The notes under the pieces were generated by a model, which did not search any database, had not been told where the DNA came from, and saw only the letters and a program-made list of their open reading frames with translations. Positions 1 through 8,447 of a stretch of 64,000 nt of DNA are shown one piece after another. Positions within the stretch are counted from its first letter, which is position 1. The number at the start of each line of letters is the position of its first letter. Position numbers and translations under genes: made by a program. This DNA is from Bacillota bacterium (lineage in GTDB: Bacteria > Bacillota > SHA-98 > Ch115 > JABLXJ01): NCBI GenBank assembly GCA_012839815.1, contig DUMQ01000098.1, positions 376 through 64,375 of the forward strand, written 5' to 3'.

Positions 1-267
1 CTTGGTAGAAATCTAGTTGATATCCGCCTTTTCGGCTCAGTAGCCCGTGGTACGTTTACGGCTGAGTCGGATATTGATATTCTTGTAGTGCTTCATGATG
101 AGGATAGATTATCAAGGGAAACAGTTATCGAGGCGGCAGTGGATATTAATTTAGAGTATGATGTTGTAATATCGCCAGTGATTATGTCGATGCGGCATTA
201 TTCCGACCCCTTACTTCGAGAAACGCTTTTCTACAGGTCCATACAAGGAGAAGGGGTGTCTTTATGA
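1..267 (+). CDS. Nucleotidyltransferase-domain antitoxin (MNT/MntA-like), 5'-truncated by the window edge
   Basis: Frame-1 translation LGRNLVDIRLFGSVARGTFTAESDIDILVV...: the GS-x(9-10)-DID motif of minimal nucleotidyltransferases. Stop TGA at 265-267 overlaps the HEPN ORF start by 4 nt (ATGA coupling). Confidence 0.6.
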   Translation, partial: LGRNLVDIRLFGSVARGTFTAESDIDILVVLHDEDRLSRETVIEAAVDINLEYDVVISPVIMSMRHYSDPLLRETLFYRSIQGEGVSL

Positions 268-662
268 GTGTGAACCTGTGCCGCTGGCGGCTAGAAAAGG
301 CTGAGAAAACCTTTATCGAAGGGGACCAACTCCTGGAGCTAGGTTCTTACAATGGTGCTATCAATCGGTTTTATTATGCTGCATTTCACGCCGTGAGAGC
401 GTTGTTGGCTACCAAGAAGTTGGATGCTGCTAAACATAGTGGCGTTATTGCCCTATTTAACCGCGAATTCGTCAAGACCGGGGTAATAAATAAAAAAGCC
501 AGTAAAACGCTATCCATGGTTTTCGCTTTGCGCTCGGAGGCCGATTATGACGATTTTAGGAATTTTGGTCTACAAGAGGTCAAAGAAGCAAGAAATGCTG
601 TACGTTCCCTGATCGATGAGATCTCCGCATTTTTATCAGGAACCTCTCGCGAAGGATCGTAG
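264..662 (+). CDS. HEPN-domain toxin (HepT-like) of a HEPN/MNT toxin-antitoxin pair
   Basis: 132 aa ORF with a HEPN-like helical signature (RFYYAAFHAVRALL...; R-x(4-6)-H-like motif near ALRSEADYD). Translationally coupled to the upstream MNT gene. Confidence 0.65.
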   Translation: MSVNLCRWRLEKAEKTFIEGDQLLELGSYNGAINRFYYAAFHAVRALLATKKLDAAKHSGVIALFNREFVKTGVINKKASKTLSMVFALRSEADYDDFRNFGLQEVKEARNAVRSLIDEISAFLSGTSREGS

Positions 663-739
663 CGTGAGACAAAGGTGGAATTATGGTGGGCAGTACCAAA
701 AAATGCGGGGAGGATTCCTATAGAGCCCTGGTAATACAT

Positions 740-860
740 CTAATGCATTCACATCTATATCTCCTATGTCTATTCGCATATCTATCATCGGCGTTGCCGC
801 TGCGTCTATCGGCATCGCTGCTGAACCGAGCCCTGCGAATATATCGAGCCCTACGAATAT
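740..860. repeat. Short tandem/direct repeats upstream of lptD (TCTAT iterations; GAGCCCTRCGAATAT x2)
   Basis: Direct reading: catctatatctcctatgtctattcgcatatctatc...; cgagccctgcgaatat / cgagccctacgaatat in tandem. Confidence 0.5.
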
Positions 861-901
861 TTCGTTTCCCGAATCGCTACCTCTCGGCCCCACGGCTTCA
901 A

Positions 902-3607
902 ATGTCTATCATTGTTGCTGTTATCACCGTTGTTACCGTTGTTGCCGCTCAGGGGTTGGGTTTCCCTGTCATCGACATGCCTGCCGTTGGTCACGCTCCT
1001 GCCATCTCTTTCTCCACTGGTCATGCATATGCTGCGGAGGCCACAGAGAGCGGGCAGGGCAGCGCGTCTGACGATTCGAGTGCATCGCAAGCTGGTCCTG
1101 GCGAGGCCAGCGGGGCTGGCCGTTCTGTCAGGTCTGGCGGTCCTGACGGGGGTGTCGAGACTGGCAGGGCCGTCGGGGCCGGCCGCGCCCGGCTTGTGGC
1201 CGGCGAGGTGAGCTTTGACCTTGAAAACAGGATCATCACGGCGCGGTCGAATGTCCGGCTCTTACATGAGGATGTGGAGCTAACCGCCGATTATATGGAG
1301 GTCAATTTGAATACAAACGAGGTCCTGGCGGTTGGCAATGTGTCCATGTCGAAAGAGGGCGACCGGGTCCAGGCGCAGAGCATGAAGTATAATCTCAAGA
1401 GCGAAAAGGGGACCTTTGACCACGCCCTTGCAACTGTAACGGATGAGGATATAAAGGGGGAGCTGTTCGTCTCAGGCAACAGGGTTGAGGTTGATCCCAA
1501 CGTTATAAGGATAGTCTCAGGGAGCCTCACATCGTGCGATCTCGAGGTCCCCCATTATCATATTGAAGCTTCGGAGGTTACCATCTACATCGACGATAAG
1601 GTAATTATTCGGAATGTATCCTACTGGGAGGGGCGGTATAAGATATTCCAATGGCCTTACCTCGTATTCTCATTGAAAGAGGAAAACCAGCTTGAACTCC
1701 CCAGGTTTGGTTACGGCTCCTATGAGGGCTGGTTTATCAAGACCACCTATAATTACTATCGCACCGATGCAAGCCGCGGTAAGCTCTATCTCGACTATTT
1801 CCAGAGGCTCGGTCTCGGAGCGGGTGTGAAACACCTGTATGATCTGGGCAGGATAGGTAACGGCTTCCTTTATTTATACATGCTCGGCAATCGCCTTGTG
1901 GGACATAATGACATTGAGGCCGAGGTGTCGCACGGGCTCACGCTCGGGAGGGATGTTAGAGCCGATCTCGACCTGAAGTATGAGAATACGGGGACCTCAG
2001 GCGGCGGTGAGGATAAGAGCTTCACATCGTCTGTCGCCATAAACCAGAAAGACGAGTCTGGGGCGATGAACCTCTCGTTGAAGAATGTGAGCCGCGATGG
2101 GTCTGTTTACGGCGATACGAGGAGCATATCCTTTTGGGGTGAAAGGTACATTACCGACCGGATCAGGATCGCTGCCGACGCGAGCTATCTTGATGAACAA
2201 GCATCTGACAGGGAGCGAGATAGGTATTTGAACTATAAGATAAGTATAGAAGACCAGCTGCCTTCCCTTACGTTCAACGCGGTTGTAGAGAATTACGTAA
2301 AACCGAAGCAGCCCAGCGAGGAGGAAGGGGAAGAGCTCAAGGAGGAAGAAGAGATTCCCTGGAATGCGCTGGTTCGCCTTCCTGAGATCACGATTACCAC
2401 AAAGCCTCTCACCGTGAAACCCCTGCCCGCGCCGCTCGTCTTGAAGGCTGGTTGGGGCAAGTATTCTGAGAACGCCCTCCATGATGGGTGGACGCCAAGT
2501 ATCTTGACGGCCACGCGGACGGAGGCGGGGGTTGAGGTGCCAACAAGGATCGTCCCGCTTTGGGGAGGGACCTCCGGCGACATCTCGGCATCCCTGACAT
2601 GGGATGGGTATAGCGCCATAGAGAGGCGGGGCCAGTATCTGGACTGGCAGGCCGGCCAGCAGGGTTCAGGAGGGTATGCGGAGTATTATGAACGATATGT
2701 GGCAAATGCGACGGTTGGCCTGAGATCGAGACTCACCCAATCTCTTTCGCTGCGGCTCAGCTATGATTATCAAGGGGTCTGGGGTTGGTCGCCATTCGTG
2801 TTTGACGAGCAGGAGCCCAAGGGACTCGTAGCCGCAACGCTCAGTTTCAGGAACCCCGGCTCTAGCTCTGGTTTTGGCTATGGTCATAATCGTGGTTCCG
2901 GTTATGAATGGAATGCTGAAGTAGGCGCGGGCTATGACCTCTATTATCGCGAGTTTCAAGACATCATAGGCAAATTTACATTGAGCTTCGCCGCCGGTTC
3001 CCCGGCTGGACCGCCTCGTCAGGAAGGCGTATCCGGCCCGGGGGACGCGGCAGACTCAACAGGCCCGGCGAATCCGGCAGATTCAGCAAACACGACAGAT
3101 TCAGCAAACATGACAGATTCAGCGGGCACGGCAAATCCCGTAAGCCCGGCAGAGCAAGCAGGCCCGGCAAACCTGGCAGGTGCTGGTAATTCAGGGAATC
3201 CGGGTAGGAAGTTGTCACTGGACGTGGTTGGTAGGTATGATCCAAACGCATCCCAGATGCGGGACGTGACAGGCAAGATCACATTCACGTCCAGGGAGGG
3301 CTGGGATATAAAGGCCGGGGCGCGTTATAGCTTTGAGAATAAGGCGCTGGACAGGCTCGAAAGCGAGGTAGACGTCCAAGTTAACAAAGACTGGCGCATA
3401 CAATGGACCGTGGTATATGGCGGTGTGGATGAGAAGACGATCAAGCGGGCTGATATAGGCATAACGCGTGACCTGCACTGCAGGGAACTCAGCCTCCTTT
3501 ATAGCTATAAGGACCAGGAGGTGTGGCTCGAATACAGGATCAAGGCCTTCCCGTTTGAGGGCATAAAATTCGGCCTCGGCGACCAGGGGGTGCTTTTGGG
3601 CCAGTGA
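902..3607 (+). CDS. lptD: LPS-assembly outer-membrane protein LptD (OstA N-terminal domain + C-terminal beta-barrel)
   Basis: OstA-like N-terminal region (VSFDLENRIITARSNVRLLHEDVELTADYMEVNLNTNEVLAVGNV...) followed by LptD C-terminal-type sequence (YHIEASEVTIYID...YWEGRYKIFQWPYLVFS...GYGSYEGWFIKTTYNYY). The six-frame ORF begins at 683, but a hydrophobic signal-like Met (MSIIVAVITVVTVVAAQG) at 902 is a more plausible start. Contains an in-frame low-complexity insert (see findings). Confidence 0.8.
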   Translation: MSIIVAVITVVTVVAAQGLGFPVIDMPAVGHAPAISFSTGHAYAAEATESGQGSASDDSSASQAGPGEASGAGRSVRSGGPDGGVETGRAVGAGRARLVAGEVSFDLENRIITARSNVRLLHEDVELTADYMEVNLNTNEVLAVGNVSMSKEGDRVQAQSMKYNLKSEKGTFDHALATVTDEDIKGELFVSGNRVEVDPNVIRIVSGSLTSCDLEVPHYHIEASEVTIYIDDKVIIRNVSYWEGRYKIFQWPYLVFSLKEENQLELPRFGYGSYEGWFIKTTYNYYRTDASRGKLYLDYFQRLGLGAGVKHLYDLGRIGNGFLYLYMLGNRLVGHNDIEAEVSHGLTLGRDVRADLDLKYENTGTSGGGEDKSFTSSVAINQKDESGAMNLSLKNVSRDGSVYGDTRSISFWGERYITDRIRIAADASYLDEQASDRERDRYLNYKISIEDQLPSLTFNAVVENYVKPKQPSEEEGEELKEEEEIPWNALVRLPEITITTKPLTVKPLPAPLVLKAGWGKYSENALHDGWTPSILTATRTEAGVEVPTRIVPLWGGTSGDISASLTWDGYSAIERRGQYLDWQAGQQGSGGYAEYYERYVANATVGLRSRLTQSLSLRLSYDYQGVWGWSPFVFDEQEPKGLVAATLSFRNPGSSSGFGYGHNRGSGYEWNAEVGAGYDLYYREFQDIIGKFTLSFAAGSPAGPPRQEGVSGPGDAADSTGPANPADSANTTDSANMTDSAGTANPVSPAEQAGPANLAGAGNSGNPGRKLSLDVVGRYDPNASQMRDVTGKITFTSREGWDIKAGARYSFENKALDRLESEVDVQVNKDWRIQWTVVYGGVDEKTIKRADIGITRDLHCRELSLLYSYKDQEVWLEYRIKAFPFEGIKFGLGDQGVLLGQ

Positions 3608-4401
3608 CGCGAAGAGTGACACGAGGAGTGATGCGAGGAGCTATAGTTGTCATGGCCTTGGTGCTCATCTCGGGAGCGACTTTCCTGGCGACTAATTGGC
3701 GGCTTAGGGGGTGGCTTGCGGGGCGCTGGGACCTGGCGGGGGAAAGGCAGCCGGACGGGAAGCCGGCCGGGGTGACATCGAGCGCGGCGTCAAATGAGGG
3801 AGGGCAGAAGCCTGGGATTGACATGAGCCGGACGAAGCTCGTGGGGCGCGCCAGGGGCGTGAAACAGTGGGAACTCGAGGCTGCCGAGATTAGGATACAG
3901 GAAGGCGGCAGGGCGTCGAGCGGCACGGGCGGCGGTGGGCGCGGGGGCGGTCCTGCCATTGTAGTGCTTAAGGACATCCGGGGCGGCATGATCTTCCAGG
4001 AGGGTAAGCCCAGGCTCGGGTTTGAGGCCGCGAAGGCTGAAGCCAACCCGGGGACGGGGGATTTCAAGCTCATGGGTGGGGTCTTGTTGACTGCATTGAG
4101 AACTGAGCCAACCGGTCCAAATACAGGGCCGGAGGCGACGCTGGAGGTCCCCGATCTCCGGTGGGATGCGCGGAGCGAGAGGCTCGAGTGTTCGGGCCCC
4201 GTGGAGCTTAGAACTCGTGGAGTAGTCGTGAAGGGCGAGCGGGTGTCGGGCAGCATGAAGGACAAGACGCTTGTAATCGAGGGAAACGTCAGGATATTCA
4301 AGATGAACGGGAGCCTCACATGCAAGCGCGCTATCTACCGGTTTGAGGCGGGGACGCTGGAGATCGTAGGGGAGAGCGAGCTGAACATCGATATGGGTTA
4401 A
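3604..4401 (+). CDS. lptC: LptC-like protein (N-terminal TM anchor + OstA-fold domain)
   Basis: N-terminal hydrophobic helix (GAIVVMALVLISGATFLATNW) followed by a beta-jellyroll-like region resembling the LptC/LptA family. Overlaps the lptD stop by 4 nt. Start (GTG 3604 or ATG 3631) uncertain. Confidence 0.55.
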   Translation: MTRRVTRGVMRGAIVVMALVLISGATFLATNWRLRGWLAGRWDLAGERQPDGKPAGVTSSAASNEGGQKPGIDMSRTKLVGRARGVKQWELEAAEIRIQEGGRASSGTGGGGRGGGPAIVVLKDIRGGMIFQEGKPRLGFEAAKAEANPGTGDFKLMGGVLLTALRTEPTGPNTGPEATLEVPDLRWDARSERLECSGPVELRTRGVVVKGERVSGSMKDKTLVIEGNVRIFKMNGSLTCKRAIYRFEAGTLEIVGESELNIDMG

Positions 4402-4411
4402 ACTCCGGCAT

Positions 4412-4540
4412 AGATCACCCATAGAATCAACCTCGACATAGAATAAACCTCAGCATGGAATAGATCCATGGAGTAAACCTCGGCATGGAATAAACCTCGA
4501 TATAGAATAAATTTCACAGAATAAACCTCGGCGTAGAATA
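4412..4540. repeat. Tandem array of ~7 degenerate 17-bp units (CATAGAATAAACCTCGR) between lptC and lptA
   Basis: Direct reading: catagaatcaacctcga / catagaataaacctcag / catggaatag...gtaaacctcgg / catggaataaacctcga / tatagaataaatttca / cagaataaacctcggcg. Confidence 0.8.
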
Positions 4541-4549
4541 ATCGTTGGT

Positions 4550-5476
4550 GTGGCAACAATGGGGGCGAGAGGAATGGGCAACGGCATAGCTTTTCGTATT
4601 GTTGCACGTCGTATTATTGCGAGTTTTGCGGTCTTGGCCATATTTTGGATGACCGGCGGCATAACCGGCTGCGTGGAGGGATGGTCGGCGGGCGGCCGGG
4701 CTGGCATCTCGGCTGCGGGCGTGGTCGAGGCGGCGGAGAAAGCGATGGCGGGAAAGGCGAAGGAAAAGGTCCAGATAAGAGCCGACAAGAGTGGAGATTA
4801 TGATCTTGAAAAGGACGTGCTAATCCTCGAAGGTAATGTCATCATAACCCAGGGTGAGACCGTCATCAGGGCCGATAGGGTTGAGATCGATATGAATAAA
4901 AAGGTTGCGAAAGTGACTACGGGCGTGAACCTGACCCAGCCCGACCTTGTGTTGACGGGAAAGGTGTTCACCGCATATTTGAATGATAAGCGGGTTATCG
5001 TTGAGGGCGATGTTGTGCTTCAAAAGGACGAGGAGCAGGCTTCAGCGAAACAGGGCCCGGAGAAGCCGGGGGACTCCGGCAAGATGGGGGCGATGGCGGC
5101 AGGGGCTGCAGGAACGGGCACGGGCGGTAAAGGTGAAGCCGCGAGAGGTGAAAGCGCGAGGGTAGAATCAAAGGGCGAAGTTAGCAGCAAGAAGAAGGAT
5201 AGGATCACGTTAAGGTGCGATCGTCTCGAATACTGGACTGAGAAGAAGGAAAGCACCGCGACAGGGAACATTGCCGTTACCAAAGGTGAGACAAGAGCCT
5301 GGGGCGACAAGGCGGTCTACCGCGAAAAAGACAAGCTTTTCATCCTATCCGGAAGAAAGGTCAGGGTGGAAAGGGGTAAAGGCGAGACTATGACCTGCGC
5401 GGAGCTCACCATGTACACGGACCGGGACGTGGTTGTCGCCAGGAATAACGTCGAGATAGAGTTTGAGACAGATTAG
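4550..5476 (+). CDS. lptA: LptA-like periplasmic LPS transport protein (OstA N-terminal domain)
   Basis: Repeated OstA-type motifs (LILEGNVIITQGETVIRADRVEIDM...; DRITLRCDRLEYWTEKKESTATGNIAVTKGETRAWGDKAVYREKDKLFILSGRKVRVERGKGETMTCAELTMY). N-terminal hydrophobic segment. Start uncertain (GTG 4550 or ATG 4559). Confidence 0.7.
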   Translation: MATMGARGMGNGIAFRIVARRIIASFAVLAIFWMTGGITGCVEGWSAGGRAGISAAGVVEAAEKAMAGKAKEKVQIRADKSGDYDLEKDVLILEGNVIITQGETVIRADRVEIDMNKKVAKVTTGVNLTQPDLVLTGKVFTAYLNDKRVIVEGDVVLQKDEEQASAKQGPEKPGDSGKMGAMAAGAAGTGTGGKGEAARGESARVESKGEVSSKKKDRITLRCDRLEYWTEKKESTATGNIAVTKGETRAWGDKAVYREKDKLFILSGRKVRVERGKGETMTCAELTMYTDRDVVVARNNVEIEFETD

Positions 5477-5650
5477 AGGGTCTCTTTATGGCCACCAAAA
5501 GGATACTCCGAAGAGCAAAATGCAAAATAGATAGGAAGATGGGCTTTGCAGATAGAAAGGAGGTCGGACCCGGCTTCGGATTAGAATGATTTTTTGGAAT
5601 GGGCATCATAGATGAGACAAGATTTACATGGCCGTCCCTGGGTTGCAGTA

Positions 5651-5694
5651 TGGTATAATATGGCCCGTAGCAGGCAAATTAGCCCGTAGCAGGC
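5651..5694 (+). promoter_or_regulatory. Extended -10 promoter-like element (TGGTATAAT) followed by a 13-bp direct repeat (GCCCGTAGCAGGC x2)
   Basis: tatggtataatatggcccgtagcaggcaaattagcccgtagcaggcg lies immediately upstream of the 5714 ORF. Confidence 0.4.
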
Positions 5695-5713
5695 GCGAAA
5701 CGGGGGGACGGCC

Positions 5714-8416
5714 TTGCTTGTGTTTACGCTTTTCCGGGAGAGGTTCGCAAAGGACCTGCTCGAACTCCTCGTTGTCAGTATACTTGTGGGATCGTTCATT
5801 GCAGGCATCGTGGCGTTTACGGCGGATACATACTTTGGGAAGACGGTTACGGGGGTGCTCGGCGACTACGGCGAATACGATATTATTTTGCATGTCCGGG
5901 CGGAACGCAAAGCAGAGGCTTTAAAGGAAATCAGGAAGATAGCAGCGCGTGAATTCCCCGGGGCGCGAGTGAAGGAAGGACCAACACTGGTGGACAGGGC
6001 CAATTTCCTCGTGGGGTTGCCTGATTCACTGCGGCGCCGCGAGACCATCGAGAGATTGCCCCGGGTCTTCGGTGATATACCCGGGGCCAGCGGCAGCACC
6101 TATATTATAGAGCCGCGAATCGTTGTGAGCGCGGTGCAGGGCGGGGCTTTTCAGTTTTTAATGGCTCGGATTCAAAAGCTGCCGGGAGTGAGGTTTACCT
6201 TCAGGGACGGCTCGTCGATCGGTGTCGTCTTGAAATCAGTTGATGATATAAAGGGCACTGAAGAAGCGATAAAGGAGATGCTTCGTTCCTACCAAGTGGT
6301 GGAAGTCCGGCTACCTATGGGTGAAGAGATACAGGATTCCATGCGCGCTGGGGCCGCTCTTGCTAAGGAATTTGGTTCCAAACCTGAGTTTGGTTATGCG
6401 AAGGATATAACTGTCAGGTCCCGGAATGATGACATCCGAGACTTGACAGCAACCCTCATGGAGATGAGGGATTTCCTCCAGTACTATGCCGCCCATGTGA
6501 TGGTTATCCCGGATGATATTGAAAGCAAGAGGGTTGGCGATATCCATCCCGGCACCGTTCTTGTCTTACGCGCCGCAACGCGCGCAGCAGCACCTTCCCC
6601 TGGCGGCTCCACCAGGAGCGATACAGGCGTCCTCACAGCCGATGAAACCGACGAGGTTTTAATGGAAGTCAAGGAGGTTGTTAGGGAAGCTAGGGAGGCT
6701 AGTGTTGTTAGTAGGGAGGCTAGTAGAGTTAAGGACGCCAGTGGCGATAAAGCAGGCAATAAGGGTGATAATGATAATAAGGGCTATAAGATAGAAGGCA
6801 TCATTATACAGGGCGATATCTCCCAGCTTCAAGCCCGGCCCCAGTCCGGGTCACAATCGGAGCTCGTGGCGAGGGGCCAGATAAAGGCCGAGGCATACCT
6901 GCTGGGCCCGCAGGATACCATTGGGCCAAGGGTTGGCGTTGCGACCATAACAAGCGAACGGGAGCGGCTTGCCTATATGGTTGATGAGAGTATCAGGCTT
7001 ATGACCGAACTCGATAAGTTCAGCCATGATGCCTACAAGACCGCGCTGGATAGCCTCGACGTCCTGGGACTGTACGAGACCACCGTGGGGCGCCTGGTTC
7101 AGGTGCAGCGCACGCTCGAGGGTATAGATGACGGCCTCCTGATACATGGAAACACGCTGGACCAGCGGGATATAGCGAGGCTTGCGAAGGCTCTCGATGA
7201 CGCTTCAAGGGCTATGAATTCGTTTGCATCGGCCCTTGATAAGGTTAACTTCTTCGAGGCGCAGGTGGACAGGGTCCTGGGCAAGACGAGCGACGTGAGG
7301 CGCATCCTCGAGCAGGAGATACAGGCCACCTCGCCTGAAAGCTCGCCGGGCCTTTACCAGCGCCTGGTGGCGATGAAGGCTGCCCTGGATCTCGTGGAAT
7401 TCAAGGCGAGGGAGCGCGCACGGGCCATCGATAGCTTCCTCGCGGGGCTCAATCCGGCGGCGAAGAATATCGCGTCCTGGCAGGGTAAGTTCAAATCCTT
7501 AAGGAACGGCCTCGAGGACGCTAGGGCGCTGGTCAATAGCGGGAGGGCCCAGGCTATCCTCGGTGACCTGCTGGATGTGACCAACTCCACGCTCGCCCAG
7601 TTGCAGATGCTTGATATCGACAGCATGCGACAAAAGGTCGGGCGAATCTCAAGGGATCTCGAATCGCTCCAGAGTATAGACGTAAGCTCCATGATCGGCG
7701 AGTTAAAATACATCAAGGAATCTCTTCCCAATTTAAGGGATGACCAGGTGGGCCGCTCTATAAGGTTGATCGACCGTTACATCGGGGGCGAGGTTATACC
7801 CGGCGACCAGCTTCAGGTAATGGTCGACGGGCCGCCGGTTACGGTTGCCATGGCGCGCTCAGCCGCCAGGAAGGTCCTCAAGGATGATAATTTCACCGTT
7901 TTTATCACGCCGGTTGGTGTCCTCGAACCCGGCATACGGGGCGAGCTGTTCCGGGTGATGCGCGAGGCCCGGGCTACGATCGCCGCGCTCATGTCCGTGG
8001 TGTTTACCTTGCTGGTGCTGATTCTCGATCACGCTACCCTGGCGAGCGCGCTCAGGTATTTCGCGGGGCGCACAGGCTTCATAGGCTTCGACATAGGCAA
8101 GGTTTATGGCACATTTGCCGGGGCCCTGATTCTTACGCTGACGTATATGCTTTCAGGTGCCCGGATTCCTTATATTCGTCCTGCCCACATTCTCCTTGTG
8201 GGTGCCTTGATGGGTTACGTTGTGAGTTGGCAGAGTGACAAGATCAGCCCGGTTAATGAAGATGAGGTTACAGCTGCCATGGCCCTGGGGCTACCATATT
8301 CGGAAATAATAAGGGAGATAATAATACCGGCTGGAAGGCCCGGGCTGCTGCAGCTCCTGAATAGGCGCCGGATGAGGCTGCGCGCATCTGCCGGAAGCCA
8401 GCCCCGGACGGTTTAA
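5714..8416 (+). CDS. Membrane protein with FtsX/MacB-like topology: TM1, ~750-aa extracytoplasmic domain with a long coiled-coil, three C-terminal TM helices (putative ABC permease component)
   Basis: N-terminal TM (LLELLVVSILVGSFIAGIVAFTA). alpha/beta region reminiscent of FtsX/MacB periplasmic domains (DIILHVRAERKAEALKEIRKIAAREFPGARV; IIEPRIVVSAVQGGAFQFLMARIQKLPGVRFTF). ~450 aa of heptad-like coiled-coil sequence. Three hydrophobic helices at the C-terminus (ALMSVVFTLLVLIL / GALILTLTYMLSG / ILLVGALMGYVVSW). Immediately followed by an ABC ATPase. TTG start. The FtsX-family assignment is an inference from topology. Confidence 0.5.
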   Translation: MLVFTLFRERFAKDLLELLVVSILVGSFIAGIVAFTADTYFGKTVTGVLGDYGEYDIILHVRAERKAEALKEIRKIAAREFPGARVKEGPTLVDRANFLVGLPDSLRRRETIERLPRVFGDIPGASGSTYIIEPRIVVSAVQGGAFQFLMARIQKLPGVRFTFRDGSSIGVVLKSVDDIKGTEEAIKEMLRSYQVVEVRLPMGEEIQDSMRAGAALAKEFGSKPEFGYAKDITVRSRNDDIRDLTATLMEMRDFLQYYAAHVMVIPDDIESKRVGDIHPGTVLVLRAATRAAAPSPGGSTRSDTGVLTADETDEVLMEVKEVVREAREASVVSREASRVKDASGDKAGNKGDNDNKGYKIEGIIIQGDISQLQARPQSGSQSELVARGQIKAEAYLLGPQDTIGPRVGVATITSERERLAYMVDESIRLMTELDKFSHDAYKTALDSLDVLGLYETTVGRLVQVQRTLEGIDDGLLIHGNTLDQRDIARLAKALDDASRAMNSFASALDKVNFFEAQVDRVLGKTSDVRRILEQEIQATSPESSPGLYQRLVAMKAALDLVEFKARERARAIDSFLAGLNPAAKNIASWQGKFKSLRNGLEDARALVNSGRAQAILGDLLDVTNSTLAQLQMLDIDSMRQKVGRISRDLESLQSIDVSSMIGELKYIKESLPNLRDDQVGRSIRLIDRYIGGEVIPGDQLQVMVDGPPVTVAMARSAARKVLKDDNFTVFITPVGVLEPGIRGELFRVMREARATIAALMSVVFTLLVLILDHATLASALRYFAGRTGFIGFDIGKVYGTFAGALILTLTYMLSGARIPYIRPAHILLVGALMGYVVSWQSDKISPVNEDEVTAAMALGLPYSEIIREIIIPAGRPGLLQLLNRRRMRLRASAGSQPRTV

Positions 8417-8447
8417 GAGGTATGGTTCAAGAGGTGGGGATGTGTGG

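Noticed and set aside
683-901. N-terminal 73 codons of the long lptD ORF (from 683)
   Set aside because: The region is repeat-rich (TCTAT and GAGCCCTRCGAATAT repeats) and reads as non-membrane, non-signal sequence. The hydrophobic Met at 902 is a more plausible start, so 683-901 is treated as upstream regulatory or repeat DNA.
3540-4422. 261-aa and 210-aa minus-strand ORFs overlapping lptC
   Set aside because: Antisense shadow ORFs with proline/arginine-rich low-complexity translation. The plus-strand gene has an OstA-fold signature.
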